This document shows positions 1 through 10,789 of a DNA stretch of 45,210 nt, piece after piece. The DNA is taken from positions 1 through 45,210 of the forward strand of contig CABSLQ010000021.1 in assembly GCA_902478605.1 (NCBI GenBank), written 5' to 3'. A program made the translations under genes and the position numbers. Source of the stretch: an uncultured Oscillospiraceae bacterium. Lineage in GTDB: Bacteria > Bacillota > Clostridia > Oscillospirales > Acutalibacteraceae. The stretch's first letter is position 1. Each line of letters opens with the position of its first letter. The notes beneath the pieces were generated by a model that ran no database searches, had not been told where the DNA came from, and worked only from the letters and a program-made list of their open reading frames with translations.

Positions 1-826
1 CCGCCATATTGTCGGGATGCAGGGTGCGGCCTGTGCCGCCGCCCGAAGCCACCGAGAAATACTTGCGGTCGTTCTCAATCGCCCACTTTTTGTAGGTGCC
101 GGCCACGAGGTGCTGGAAGCGGGTGGGGTTGGTGGAGTTACCAGTGATGGAAACATCCACATGCTCATGCTGCATGATGGCCACGCCTTCGAGCACGTCG
201 TTCGCACCGTAGCACTTTACCAGCGCGCGCTCGCCGTCAGAGAAAGCCTTCTCCTTCACGATCTTCAGCTCGCCGGTATAGAAATCATAATCGGTTTCGA
301 CATAGGTAAAGCCGTTGATGCGGCTGATGATATAGGCGGCGTCCTTGCCCAGACCGTTGAGGATGACGCGCAGCGGGTTTTTACGCACCTTGTTAGCAGT
401 GCGGGCAATACCGATGGCGCCTTCCGCGGCGGCAAAGGATTCGTGGCCCGCGAGAAACGCGAAGCACTGGGTATCCTCACTGAGCAGCATCTTGCCCAGG
501 TTGCCGTGGCCGAGACCAACCTTGCGCTGTTCCGCGACCGAACCCGGTACGCAGAAGGCCTGCAGGCCCTCGCCGATGACGGCAGAAGCCTCGGCGGCGT
601 CTTTCACGCCGCGCTTAATCGCCAAGGCAACACCCAGCGTATACGCCCAGACGGCGTTTTCAAACGCGATCGGCTGCACGCCCTTCACAATGGCGTCCAC
701 ATCAATGTTCTTGGAGAGGCAGAGGTCACGGGCAGCCTCCAGGGTGCCCAGATCATTGTCCGCGAGGAACTTTTCGATCTTCGCCATGCGGCGTTCTTTG
801 CCTTCAAATTTCACGTCGTTTGCCAT
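1..826 (-). CDS. GGGtGRT family protein (DUF), C-terminus beyond window start
   Basis: Not in the ORF track because there is no stop inside the window. Manual reverse-complement translation from ATG (826..824, RBS AGGAGG at 833-838) gives MANDVKFEGKERRMAKIEKFLADNDLG...FSVASGGGTGRTLHPDNMA. The literal GGGTGRT motif is at nt 41-20, the family signature. The NifU-like gene's stop is 16 nt upstream, suggesting an operon. Confidence 0.8.
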   Translation of the reverse strand, partial: MANDVKFEGKERRMAKIEKFLADNDLGTLEAARDLCLSKNIDVDAIVKGVQPIAFENAVWAYTLGVALAIKRGVKDAAEASAVIGEGLQAFCVPGSVAEQRKVGLGHGNLGKMLLSEDTQCFAFLAGHESFAAAEGAIGIARTANKVRKNPLRVILNGLGKDAAYIISRINGFTYVETDYDFYTGELKIVKEKAFSDGERALVKCYGANDVLEGVAIMQHEHVDVSITGNSTNPTRFQHLVAGTYKKWAIENDRKYFSVASGGGTGRTLHPDNMA

Positions 827-841
827 TTGTCCGTCCTCCTC

Positions 842-1534
842 TTATTCCTCACGGGGATCGATGTACTTGGCGGCTCCGTCGAAGCGGCCGTACTGCCCGA
901 TGTTTTTCTTATAGGCTTCGCCCGGCTCCATGCCATGGCGGATATCCTCCAGCATTTTGCCCAGCTTCACAAACTGATAGCCGATGACCTCGTTGTCCTC
1001 GTCGAGCGCCAGCTTGATGACATATCCCTCGGCCATTTCGAGGAAACGGACGCCCTTGACCTTGGTGGAATACATGGTGCCGACCTGCGAACGCAGGCCC
1101 TTGCCCAGATCTTCCAGGCCCGCGCCGATCGGCAGGCCGTCCTCGGAAAACGCGGACTGGGAGCGGCCGTAAGCAAGCTGCTTGAAGATTTCCCGCATGG
1201 CGACGTTGATGGCGTCACACACCAGGTCGGTGTTCAGGCATTCGAGCAGCGTCTTGCCCGGCAGGATTTCGGCGGCCATGGCGGCGGAATGGGTCATGCC
1301 GGAGCAGCCGATCGTCTCCACCAGCGCCTCCTCCACAATGCCGTTTTTCACATTCAGGGTCAGCTTGCAGGTGCCCTGCTGCGGGGCGCACCAGCCCACG
1401 CCGTGGGACAGGCCGGAAATATCGGAAATCTGGGTGGACTTCACCCATTTGCCCTCCTCCGGGATGGGGGCGGGGCCATGGTGGGGGCCCTTTTTTACGA
1501 TGCACATTTTTTCCACTTCATGGGAATAATTCAT
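842..1534 (-). CDS. NifU/IscU-like Fe-S cluster scaffold domain protein with ~100-aa C-terminal extension
   Basis: 230-aa ORF with Cys-containing motifs WCAPQQGTC and TIGCSGMTHSAAMAAE resembling the IscU/NifU N-domain (GCGSAIASS-like). Upstream of the GGGtGRT gene in the same orientation. Confidence 0.6.
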   Translation of the reverse strand: MNYSHEVEKMCIVKKGPHHGPAPIPEEGKWVKSTQISDISGLSHGVGWCAPQQGTCKLTLNVKNGIVEEALVETIGCSGMTHSAAMAAEILPGKTLLECLNTDLVCDAINVAMREIFKQLAYGRSQSAFSEDGLPIGAGLEDLGKGLRSQVGTMYSTKVKGVRFLEMAEGYVIKLALDEDNEVIGYQFVKLGKMLEDIRHGMEPGEAYKKNIGQYGRFDGAAKYIDPREE

Positions 1535-1598
1535 GTTTCGTACTCCTTTCGCATACTGCCTTGTGCCATAAGCACGCCGCTTTTTTCACGCTTCTTCT

Positions 1599-1627
1599 AT
1601 TATAGCGAATGCCGGACGGCCGCGCAA
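1599..1627 (-). promoter_or_regulatory. sigma-A-like promoter of the NifU-like/GGGtGRT operon
   Basis: On minus strand: -35 TTGCGC (1627..1622), 17-nt spacer, -10 TATAAT (1604..1599), about 60 nt upstream of the start at 1534. Confidence 0.4.
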
Positions 1628-1966
1628 GTCCCCGCTGTCAGAATTGTCGAAAAATTCACAAAAGAAAAGTGCGCGGGCCGTTTCGTGCTTTTCGTATATT
1701 ATGCATAATTGGTGGTCCTTACTCTCCCCTATCGGTACAAAAATAAAAAGATTCATTTTCTCGCATTGGCGATGAGGGGCTATGTATATTTTGAAAGGTC
1801 ACCAAAGCTGGTTTTCCCCTAATTTCAAAACAATATCCGCTGCCGTTTTTCCATTCAGCGAAATCCCCCCTCGTCTCTTTCCTGCGGGTACGGAATCCGC
1901 AGCCTATACCTCTCGGGTCCCCGCCTTGCCGCCCCGCAGCCGAGCAGACTGCTTTTCGGAAAGCCG

Positions 1967-2003
1967 CAAAAAAACGGCCGGAGGAAAATCCTCCGGCCGT
2001 TTT
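1967..2003 (-). terminator. rho-independent terminator downstream of groEL
   Basis: Stem ACGGCCGGAGG / CCTCCGGCCGT (1974-1984 and 1990-2000) with loop AAAAT. On the minus strand it is followed by a 7-nt U-tract (plus-strand AAAAAAA at 1967-1973). A TTTT follows on the plus strand too. Confidence 0.7.
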
Positions 2004-2022
2004 GATGCACGATGCCTGCTTA

Positions 2023-3654
<1,632 letters not shown>

Positions 3655-3692
3655 CTATTCCTCCTATAATATCCGTTTCAAGGAAAATTGTC

Positions 3693-4010
<318 letters not shown>

Positions 4011-4037
4011 TTAGCACTCCATGCACCTGAGTGCTAA
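4011..4037 (-). promoter_or_regulatory. CIRCE operator (HrcA binding site)
   Basis: Perfect TTAGCACTC-N9-GAGTGCTAA inverted repeat (4011-4019 / 4029-4037), 34 nt upstream of the groES start. Confidence 0.92.
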
Positions 4038-4042
4038 ATTCT

Positions 4043-4070
4043 ATTTTAACGAGTTTTTTAGAAAAATCAA
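4043..4070 (-). promoter_or_regulatory. sigma-A promoter of groESL
   Basis: Minus strand: -35 TTGATT (4070..4065), 16-nt spacer, -10 TAAAAT (4048..4043). CIRCE lies directly downstream, which is the classical groE arrangement. Confidence 0.5.
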
Positions 4071-4097
4071 GAGGGTAAAAGCCAAAAATTGCATTCT

Positions 4098-5030
4098 TCA
4101 TAATTTATTTACAAAGGCCGCATCGGACGCACCGGCCGGCAGGACAAACCGCATGGCGGCCGGCCGGATTTCAAAGGAGATGGCAGGCGCAGAAAAGCAT
4201 TCGCCGTCCATCGTGCAGGTCACCGGCCGGGCGGACGACACCTCGATGCGGGTGCCACGGAAGCTCTCGCAGCAGGCCAGGTCAAGATGCTTTCCCGCCT
4301 TATACCGGGTGAGGAAGCCGGGAACCTGCAGCCGGGGCATCGCCTTTATCAGTACGAAATCCAGCAGACCGTCATCCGCCATGGCCTGGGGCGCCCCGCA
4401 GTAGCCGCCGCCGTAATACCGCCCCACGGCGGCGAGGGCGAAAAAGTACCGGCCATCCCGCTCCACGGTGCCGTCCGGCGTTTCCATGCGGATATGGGCG
4501 TCCATCCCGATTTTGTGAAAGAACACGTCCAGGATGGCGAGGTTATAGGCCATGGTCCCCGATACAAGGGGCCAGTTTTTGTACTTCACCATCTTCTGGG
4601 CGACCGCCGCGTCCATCCCCATCGACGCGATATCGAGCGACAGCTTTCCGCCGCTGACCACCGCGTCCACCGGCACCGCCGTGCCGCACACCAGGGCCGC
4701 TATATCGCGGAACGCTCTTTCGCCGCCGAAGGTGCGTACGTAATCGTTCGCCGATCCGCAGGGCACCGCCGCGATCTCCGCCTGCGGAAAGCCCGCCGCC
4801 CCGTTCGCCGTTTCGTGCAGTGTGCCGTCACCGCCGCAGGCGTACAGCCGCACCGCCTCGCCTTTTTGGCACTCCTCACGGGCTATGCTCTGCGCCTCTC
4901 CCGCTCTCTGCGTCAAGCGGACGGTATACTCCACCCCGTTTTGCTCACACGCCGCCCGGATGGCCGGCAGCAGCGCCAGCGCCGCCTGCTTCTTTCCCGC
5001 CGCCGGGTTAACGATAAACACGTGCCGCAT
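4098..5030 (-). CDS. dagK: diacylglycerol/lipid kinase family protein (YegS/DagK-like)
   Basis: 310 aa; MRHVFIVNPAAGKK and CGGDGT catalytic motifs of the DAGK_cat family. Confidence 0.85.
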   Translation of the reverse strand: MRHVFIVNPAAGKKQAALALLPAIRAACEQNGVEYTVRLTQRAGEAQSIAREECQKGEAVRLYACGGDGTLHETANGAAGFPQAEIAAVPCGSANDYVRTFGGERAFRDIAALVCGTAVPVDAVVSGGKLSLDIASMGMDAAVAQKMVKYKNWPLVSGTMAYNLAILDVFFHKIGMDAHIRMETPDGTVERDGRYFFALAAVGRYYGGGYCGAPQAMADDGLLDFVLIKAMPRLQVPGFLTRYKAGKHLDLACCESFRGTRIEVSSARPVTCTMDGECFSAPAISFEIRPAAMRFVLPAGASDAAFVNKL

Positions 5031-5051
5031 GCCGTTCCCCCCGCCCTCAAT

Positions 5052-6167
5052 CTAGAAATACATATACAGCTGGCATTTGAGCATGCCGTTGTACAGTTTG
5101 CGCCGCTTGGCTGCCGGGCGGCCGAACAGCTCTTCAAAGCGCTCGTGCGGGCTGATGATGCCGTAGCTCCAGCCCGGCTTTGGCACAAACACCCGGCCCA
5201 TCACACGGTACAGCTCCTCCGCCTGCTGTACGTCAAGCAGCCGCTCCCCGTAAGGCGGGTTGCACAGCACGACGCCCCTCTCCCCCTCGGGCCGGAAATC
5301 GCGCAGATCCGCCTGGGCAGCAGAGATACAGGCCGCCACGCCGGCCTTTTCCGCGTTTTCCCGGGTCAGGCGCAGGCAGGCGGGATCGATATCCCCGCCG
5401 CGTCCCCGGAAGGGCACCTCCGGCCGCTCGAGGGACCGCGCCCGCTGCCGTTCTTCTTCCCATATAGAGGAAGGCACACTTCCCCAGCGCATGGCGGCGA
5501 ACCGGCGGCGTATCCCCGGCGCGATGCCGTGGGCCGCGAGGGCCGCCTCGATGAGCAGCGTCCCCGATCCGCAGCAGGGGTCGCAGACGAGCGGTGCGCG
5601 CCGCACCCGCATCACGTCCCCGATGGCCGCCGCGAGCGTTTCCTTGATGGGCGCGCCGGCCGCGTTGGCGCGGTAGCCGCGCTTGTGCAGCCCGGGGCCG
5701 CTCGTGTCGAGCAGCAGGGCCGCCTCATCCTTCAGAATGGTGAACTGAATCTGTACCATCGGGCCGGTTTCCTCAAACCAGGATACGCCGTATACCCGCG
5801 ACAGGCGGCTCACCACCGCCTTCTTGACGATGGACTGGCAGTCGGGCACGCTGTGCAGCGTGGAATTCAGCGACCAGCCCTTGACGGGAAAGGCGTCGTG
5901 CTTGCCGATCCACCCTTCCCAGGGGAGCGCCTTCACCCCCTCGAACAGCTCGTCGAAGGTGCGCGCGCGAAAGCTGCCGAGCAGCAGCTGAATCCGTTCG
6001 GCATAGCGGGAACCGATATTCGCCCGGGCCAGCAGTTCGATCCCCCCGGAAAAGAGCACCCGTCCGTTTTCGGGGCGCACCTCCTGCGCCCCCATGCGGC
6101 GCAGCTCGTCGCCCAGAATCCCTTCCACGCCAAACAGGCAGGGCGCGCAGTATTGCAGCGTATCCAT
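5052..6167 (-). CDS. THUMP-domain class I SAM-dependent RNA methyltransferase (RlmL/YpsC-like)
   Basis: N-terminal ferredoxin-like/THUMP region, SAM motif CDPCCGSGTLLIEAA, NPPYG motif. Start placed at ATG 6167 with a perfect AGGAGG RBS (the 20-aa upstream extension in the track is rejected). Confidence 0.85.
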   Translation of the reverse strand: MDTLQYCAPCLFGVEGILGDELRRMGAQEVRPENGRVLFSGGIELLARANIGSRYAERIQLLLGSFRARTFDELFEGVKALPWEGWIGKHDAFPVKGWSLNSTLHSVPDCQSIVKKAVVSRLSRVYGVSWFEETGPMVQIQFTILKDEAALLLDTSGPGLHKRGYRANAAGAPIKETLAAAIGDVMRVRRAPLVCDPCCGSGTLLIEAALAAHGIAPGIRRRFAAMRWGSVPSSIWEEERQRARSLERPEVPFRGRGGDIDPACLRLTRENAEKAGVAACISAAQADLRDFRPEGERGVVLCNPPYGERLLDVQQAEELYRVMGRVFVPKPGWSYGIISPHERFEELFGRPAAKRRKLYNGMLKCQLYMYF

Positions 6168-6236
6168 ATCGTTTCCTCCTGACAAATCAATGGGGGCGGA
6201 CAAGCTGTCCGTCCCCATTGGCATCATACCTGGCGG

Positions 6237-6770
6237 TTATTCACCGCTGTCCGGCTCAAGCAGGCCGTAATCCCCGTCGCGGCGGCGATAGACGACGTTA
6301 ATTTCGTTCGTCTCCATGTTGCGGAACATATAGAACTGGTGCCCGATCATGTTCATCTGCAGAATGGCTTCCTCCACATCGAGCGGCTTGACCGGAAAGG
6401 TCTTGGATTTGACCACATGGAACTCGGATTCTTCCTCTACTATGTCGCCGAACAGCTCGTCCGGTACGAAAGCACCTGCGCGCAGCCGTTTTTCCAGCCG
6501 TGTTTTATTTTTACGGATCTGCCGCACCAACACGTCGACGAGCCGATCCACCGCCTCATTGGGATCCTCGGCGGTTTCCTCCGCGCGGAAGAGCAGCCCA
6601 TTGCATCGAATCGTGATTTCTACCCGCATGGTATTGCGTTCCGCCGTAACGGTAACAGCAGCGGCAGCGGCATCCTCGAAAAACTTGTCCAGCTTGGACA
6701 GCTTTGCCTCGGTCCGCTCCACAAACTGCGGGCGCAGGGTGCACTTTCTGCCGGTGGTCGTGATCTTCAT
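6237..6770 (-). CDS. hpf: ribosome hibernation promoting factor, long form (HPF/YvyD)
   Basis: 177 aa; an N-terminal S30AE domain (MKITTTGRKCTLRPQF...) and a C-terminal dimerisation domain are both present. Confidence 0.92.
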   Translation of the reverse strand: MKITTTGRKCTLRPQFVERTEAKLSKLDKFFEDAAAAAVTVTAERNTMRVEITIRCNGLLFRAEETAEDPNEAVDRLVDVLVRQIRKNKTRLEKRLRAGAFVPDELFGDIVEEESEFHVVKSKTFPVKPLDVEEAILQMNMIGHQFYMFRNMETNEINVVYRRRDGDYGLLEPDSGE

Positions 6771-6814
6771 ACAATCAGCTCCTATCTTGGCATCTTAGGG
6801 ATAACCCCGGTATC

Positions 6815-6823
6815 ATTATACCA
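6815..6823 (-). promoter_or_regulatory. extended -10 (TGgTATAAT) promoter element upstream of hpf
   Basis: Minus strand TGGTATAAT, about 45 nt upstream of the hpf start. The -35 is weak. Confidence 0.35.
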
Positions 6824-6870
6824 TAACACGACGCCGAAGTATAGCCAATTTATGAATATTCACGAAACAA

Positions 6871-7713
6871 TTATAAGGTCGCCGTGGCATGGCGGGTGAC
6901 ATGGCACCCGACGTTGACCGCCACCGGCAGCCCCGCAATATGGGTCGGATAGGTTTCAATGGCGACGCCGAGCGCCGTGGTCAGACCGCCGAAGCCCTGC
7001 GGCCCGATGCCCAGGGCATTGACCGCCTCGAGCGCCTCCCGTTCCATGTCGGCATAATACGGATCGCCGTTGGGCACATCCAGCGGCCGGCACAGCGCCC
7101 GCTTGGCCAGCTCGGCGCACAGCTCGAAATCGCCGCCGATGCCCACGCCGAGCACCATCGGGGGACAGGGATTGCTTCCCGCCTGCCGCGCCGCGTCCAC
7201 GATACAGTCCAGCACCTTCTGCCGGTCGGCGGCCGGGGTGAGCATATAAATGCGGCTCATGTTTTCGCTGCCGAAGCCCTTGGGGGCGACGGTCAGCTCG
7301 AGGGTATCCCCTTCCACCAGGGTCAGATGCAGCACGGCCGGCGTGTTGTCGCCCGTGTTCACCCGGCGCAGCGGGTCGCCCACCACCGAACAGCGCAGCC
7401 GTCCTTCGGTGTAGCCGCGGGCCACCCCGCGGTTGACCGCTTCGGAAAGCAGGCCGCCGGTGATATGCACCTCCTGGCCGAGCTTCGCAAACACGACCGC
7501 CATGCCCGTATCCTGGCAGACAGGCAGGCACAGCTCCTGCGCCGCGTCCAGGTTGGCCGCCAAATCGCCCATGATGCTTTTGGCCAGCGGCTGCTCCTCC
7601 CGTTCGCCCGCCGTCAGCACCGCGTCGCACACGTCCTGCGGCAGCCGGCGGTTCGCCTCAATGCAAAGCCGGCATATCGTCTCCTCAATATCCCGGCAGT
7701 GAATGTCTCTCAT
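6871..7713 (-). CDS. Fe-S hydro-lyase, tartrate/fumarate subfamily, alpha subunit (class I fumarate hydratase / L(+)-tartrate dehydratase alpha)
   Basis: 280 aa; matches FumA/TtdA alpha region (…LPVCQDTGMAVVFAKLGQEVHITGG…). No beta subunit gene is adjacent. Confidence 0.85.
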   Translation of the reverse strand: MRDIHCRDIEETICRLCIEANRRLPQDVCDAVLTAGEREEQPLAKSIMGDLAANLDAAQELCLPVCQDTGMAVVFAKLGQEVHITGGLLSEAVNRGVARGYTEGRLRCSVVGDPLRRVNTGDNTPAVLHLTLVEGDTLELTVAPKGFGSENMSRIYMLTPAADRQKVLDCIVDAARQAGSNPCPPMVLGVGIGGDFELCAELAKRALCRPLDVPNGDPYYADMEREALEAVNALGIGPQGFGGLTTALGVAIETYPTHIAGLPVAVNVGCHVTRHATATL

Positions 7714-7728
7714 ACGCTTCTCCCTACC

Positions 7729-8883
7729 TTACAGCCGCTTTCCGCCCGCGATAACGCATACGGGCCGGGCGGCAATGGTGAGCGGATCGTCGCGGAACAG
7801 CACAAGATCCGCGTCTTTTCCCGGACGGATGGAACCCACCCGGTCGTCCAGTCCGCAGATGCGCGCCGGACTGATGGTGATGGCGCGCAGCGCCTCCTCA
7901 TACGGCAGGCCCTCGCGCACCGCCAGGCCCGCGCACACGCCCAGATACTGCAGCGGTATCACCGGATGATCGGTGATGATGGCGATATCCGCACCGGCGG
8001 CGCGCAATACGCCGGGATTCGCCGGCGTCAGGCCGCGCAGCTCCGGCTTGGAACGATCGCACAGAAGCGGCCCGCACAGCACCGGCGCCCCTTCCGCGGC
8101 AATCAGATCGGCGCACAGATGCGCCTCGGTGCCGTGCACAATTACATAGCACAACCCGAACTCCTTTGCGATGCGCTGGGCGGTGAAGATATCGTCCGCC
8201 CGGTGGGCGTGGAAATGCACCGGCAGCCGCCCCTCCACCACCGGGAGCAGCGCCTCGCATTTGCTGTCGAATTCGGGCTCGTCCGCATCCTCATCCGTCT
8301 GCGCCCGCCGCTTGTCCGCGCCGTAGCGCACCGCCAGCGCCAGTTGTTCCCGGATGATGGCGGCCGTGGCCATACGGGTAACCGGGGTCTGGTTCTTGCC
8401 GTGGTAGGCGCTCTTGGGATTCTCGCCCAGCGCCATCTTCATGGCCACGGGCGCCCGGACAACCATGTCATCCACCCGCCGGCCATAGGTTTTCATGGCG
8501 CAGAGCTGGCCGCCGATGGGATTCGCGCTGCCCGGTCCGGTCACCACGGTGAGCACGCCGGCCTGCCGTGCCTCTTCGAAGCAGCGATCCAGCGGATTGA
8601 CGGCATCCACCGCGCGCAGCTGCGGCGTGGAAGGGTCGGTGTCCTCGTTGCCGTCGTCCCCCTCAAAGCCAAGGCCGTCCTCCCACATGCCCAGGTGGGT
8701 GTGCGCGTCCACAAAGCCGGGCAGCAGCCAGGCCCCCTGTGCGTCGATCACCTCGCCCGGCGCCGTGTCTGGCGGCGGCATGGCGCCCACCGCCGTAATT
8801 TTGTCGTCCTGTACATCGACGTAGCCGTCGGGGATCACGCCCTGGGCTTCCATCGTGTAAATTCTTGCGTGCTGTATGCGCAT
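7729..8883 (-). CDS. metal-dependent amidohydrolase family protein
   Basis: 384 aa; FVDAHTHLGM HxH metal-binding motif near the N-terminus and the general amidohydrolase (TIM-barrel) architecture. Its stop is 16 nt upstream of the hydro-lyase alpha gene. Confidence 0.75.
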   Translation of the reverse strand: MRIQHARIYTMEAQGVIPDGYVDVQDDKITAVGAMPPPDTAPGEVIDAQGAWLLPGFVDAHTHLGMWEDGLGFEGDDGNEDTDPSTPQLRAVDAVNPLDRCFEEARQAGVLTVVTGPGSANPIGGQLCAMKTYGRRVDDMVVRAPVAMKMALGENPKSAYHGKNQTPVTRMATAAIIREQLALAVRYGADKRRAQTDEDADEPEFDSKCEALLPVVEGRLPVHFHAHRADDIFTAQRIAKEFGLCYVIVHGTEAHLCADLIAAEGAPVLCGPLLCDRSKPELRGLTPANPGVLRAAGADIAIITDHPVIPLQYLGVCAGLAVREGLPYEEALRAITISPARICGLDDRVGSIRPGKDADLVLFRDDPLTIAARPVCVIAGGKRL

Positions 8884-8947
8884 ATGCTCATGCCTTTCGT
8901 AAGGCGGGGCGCCCCGCCCGTATACATTCCCGGCCGCAACATAGAAA

Positions 8948-9001
8948 CAGGGAACCGCATCCCACCCCGCGCGGACGGGGCTGCCGGGACACCGTTCCCT
9001 G
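8948..9001 (-). terminator. compound terminator after yabR
   Basis: Outer stem CAGGGAAC/GTTCCCTG (8948-8955 / 8994-9001) enclosing an inner CCCCG…CGGGG hairpin. On the minus strand it is followed by UUUCUAUGUU. Confidence 0.45.
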
Positions 9002-9015
9002 CCATATGTGATGGT

Positions 9016-9447
9016 TCAGCGGCCGCGGCGGGAAAAGCCGCCGTGCTTACCGTCCAGCGAACGCTTGAGATCCGAGATCTTCTCGTCGCTGGCCTGCTTG
9101 AATTTGGACATCATGTCCTCAAAGCTGGCAGACTCGCTGCGGGCCGAAGACGGCTGCCACTCGAAGCCGCCGGGGCGGCCGGGCGACACGGCGCGCGCCG
9201 GACGGGCCGCCGGTTCCACCGCCTTTTTCATCGAAAGGCTCACCTTTCCGTCCTCGCCGATGTTCAGGATCTTCACCTTCACCGTCTGGTTTTCGGTGAC
9301 GTAATCGCGAATCTCCTTGACATAGGTGGGGGCCACCTCCGAGATATGTACCATACCCGTTTTGCCGCCGGGCAGCTCGACAAAGGCGCCGAACTTGGTA
9401 ATGCCCGTCACTTTACCCTCCAAAACCGCTCCAACTTCCAGCTGCAT
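9016..9447 (-). CDS. yabR: S1 RNA-binding domain protein (YabR-like)
   Basis: Matches B. subtilis YabR (…GKVTGITKFGAFVELPGGKTGMVHISEV…). Start set at ATG 9447 with an AGGAGG RBS. The TTG at 9480 would overlap divIC and is rejected. Confidence 0.88.
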   Translation of the reverse strand: MQLEVGAVLEGKVTGITKFGAFVELPGGKTGMVHISEVAPTYVKEIRDYVTENQTVKVKILNIGEDGKVSLSMKKAVEPAARPARAVSPGRPGGFEWQPSSARSESASFEDMMSKFKQASDEKISDLKRSLDGKHGGFSRRGR

Positions 9448-9476
9448 AAACGCTTGCTTTCCTCCTACATTCACAG

Positions 9477-9758
9477 TCAATCGTCTGGGATTTCCTGATA
9501 TATCTGCTCGCCGGGACGGGCCAGCCCGTTCTGGCGTGCTTGCTGTTCTTTATATTCGTCCGGATTGGACGCCTGATTTTTATAGTTTTCGTTAATCCGC
9601 TCGAGCTCGGCGATCTCGGCCTGCACGTCCCGAATCTGGTCGCGGCGATCGCGGATCTCCAGCTGCAGCTGCACGAGCGTCACGATGACATAGACCGAAA
9701 AGGCAAGGAGGGCAAGACGAAGAAAAATGCTTTTTTTCTTACGTTTGGCGGTCTTCAT
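9477..9758 (-). CDS. divIC: septum formation initiator family protein (DivIC/FtsB)
   Basis: MKTAKRKKKSIFLRLALLAFSVYVIVTLVQLQ (N-in TM helix) followed by a coiled coil. Sits between yabQ and yabR as in B. subtilis. Start taken at the internal ATG 9758. Confidence 0.8.
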   Translation of the reverse strand: MKTAKRKKKSIFLRLALLAFSVYVIVTLVQLQLEIRDRRDQIRDVQAEIAELERINENYKNQASNPDEYKEQQARQNGLARPGEQIYQEIPDD

Positions 9759-10359
9759 GATTGGAAACGTCCCCTCTATATCCCACGCCGACATCACAGG
9801 GCGGGATCGCCCGAACCGCCGGCACACTCCTTTTCTCATTCAAGTCGGCCTCTTGGGCCTTTTTCTTTTGATTATACAATACTTCGCGGCCGTGTTTCAA
9901 GCCCTTTTTCAAAAAAAGGCCAATTTTTTTCAAAGCATTTTCCAGCTTTTTCTGTAAAAAAACAGCAGGTCGGCGCAAAAGTCTCCCCAGAAGGCGAAAA
10001 GGCGCGAAAACCAGGTGCCAGAACCAGTGCCATGCGGTCAGTATCGCCCTGGCCACCGCCTCGGCGCATGCCATGACGACCCGTCCTATCGTAAAGTAAT
10101 ACGCGGCAAACCCGATGACCAGGCCCAGGAACAGATACAGGCGCAGCTCGCCCCCCGTTACGGTCAGCGCAAAGAAAAAGGTGAACACCGCCGCCGATAC
10201 GAAAAAAACGAGATCCTCGAAAAAGATCACCCGTTTGGAGGAATGCATGATGAGGCGCGCCACCCGGAACACATCGTAGTATAATCCCAGCAGGAACCCA
10301 AAGCCGCAGGAAAGGAACAAACCGCCGAGCTGGCCGCCGTTTGTGATGCCCATGTCCAT
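9739..10359 (-). CDS. yabQ: spore cortex biosynthesis protein YabQ-like membrane protein
   Basis: Multi-TM 206-aa protein placed between yabP and divIC; conserved operon position. Confidence 0.65.
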   Translation of the reverse strand: MDMGITNGGQLGGLFLSCGFGFLLGLYYDVFRVARLIMHSSKRVIFFEDLVFFVSAAVFTFFFALTVTGGELRLYLFLGLVIGFAAYYFTIGRVVMACAEAVARAILTAWHWFWHLVFAPFRLLGRLLRRPAVFLQKKLENALKKIGLFLKKGLKHGREVLYNQKKKAQEADLNEKRSVPAVRAIPPCDVGVGYRGDVSNHEDRQT

Positions 10360-10379
10360 CCCTCAGTTCCCGTCCGTCA

Positions 10380-10682
10380 TCATTTGAACAGCCGGCCGAA
10401 AAAGCCGCCGGATCGGTTCTGTACCTCGGTATAGACCAGCGACTGCACATTTCCCTCGAGCATCAGCTCGCCGCTTTCGAGATTAAGGCGGTTGATATGC
10501 AGGTTCTCCCCTTTTACTGTCAGCTCGCCGAGGTCGGTATACACCACCACCGTCAGCTCGTCAAAGCTGTCCACATCGGAGACGCCCGAAACGGTCAGCG
10601 CCCGCCTGTCCTCCAGAATCAGCTGGTGCGGCATCTGGACGATGTTTTTATCCTCCGTCATATGCGGTTCCTTCCTTTCCAC
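10380..10682 (-). CDS. yabP: sporulation protein YabP
   Basis: 100 aa; YabP-like (…LTVSGVSDVDSFDE…LHINRLNLESGELMLEGNV…). Confidence 0.8.
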   Translation of the reverse strand: MERKEPHMTEDKNIVQMPHQLILEDRRALTVSGVSDVDSFDELTVVVYTDLGELTVKGENLHINRLNLESGELMLEGNVQSLVYTEVQNRSGGFFGRLFK

Positions 10683-10789
10683 CGTTTGCGCCTTTTTCGC
10701 GGCGCAAAAGTCCCTTGTATCCCAATGTATGCGGTATGGAAAGGAAATATGCCAAAAAGCGGCGGGCCCGTCCAGGTCCCGCCGCCTGC

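Noticed and set aside
17-1708. 563-aa plus-strand ORF
   Set aside because: It is antisense to the GGGtGRT and NifU-like genes. It has no recognisable motifs and an Ala/Gly/Arg-rich composition, typical of antisense frames in high-GC DNA.
4287-6182. 631-aa plus-strand ORF
   Set aside because: Antisense to the dagK and THUMP methyltransferase genes. Arg/His-rich and low-complexity.
6889-9498. 869-aa plus-strand ORF
   Set aside because: Spans the antisense of the hydro-lyase alpha, amidohydrolase and yabR genes, including their intergenic terminators. It cannot be one real gene.
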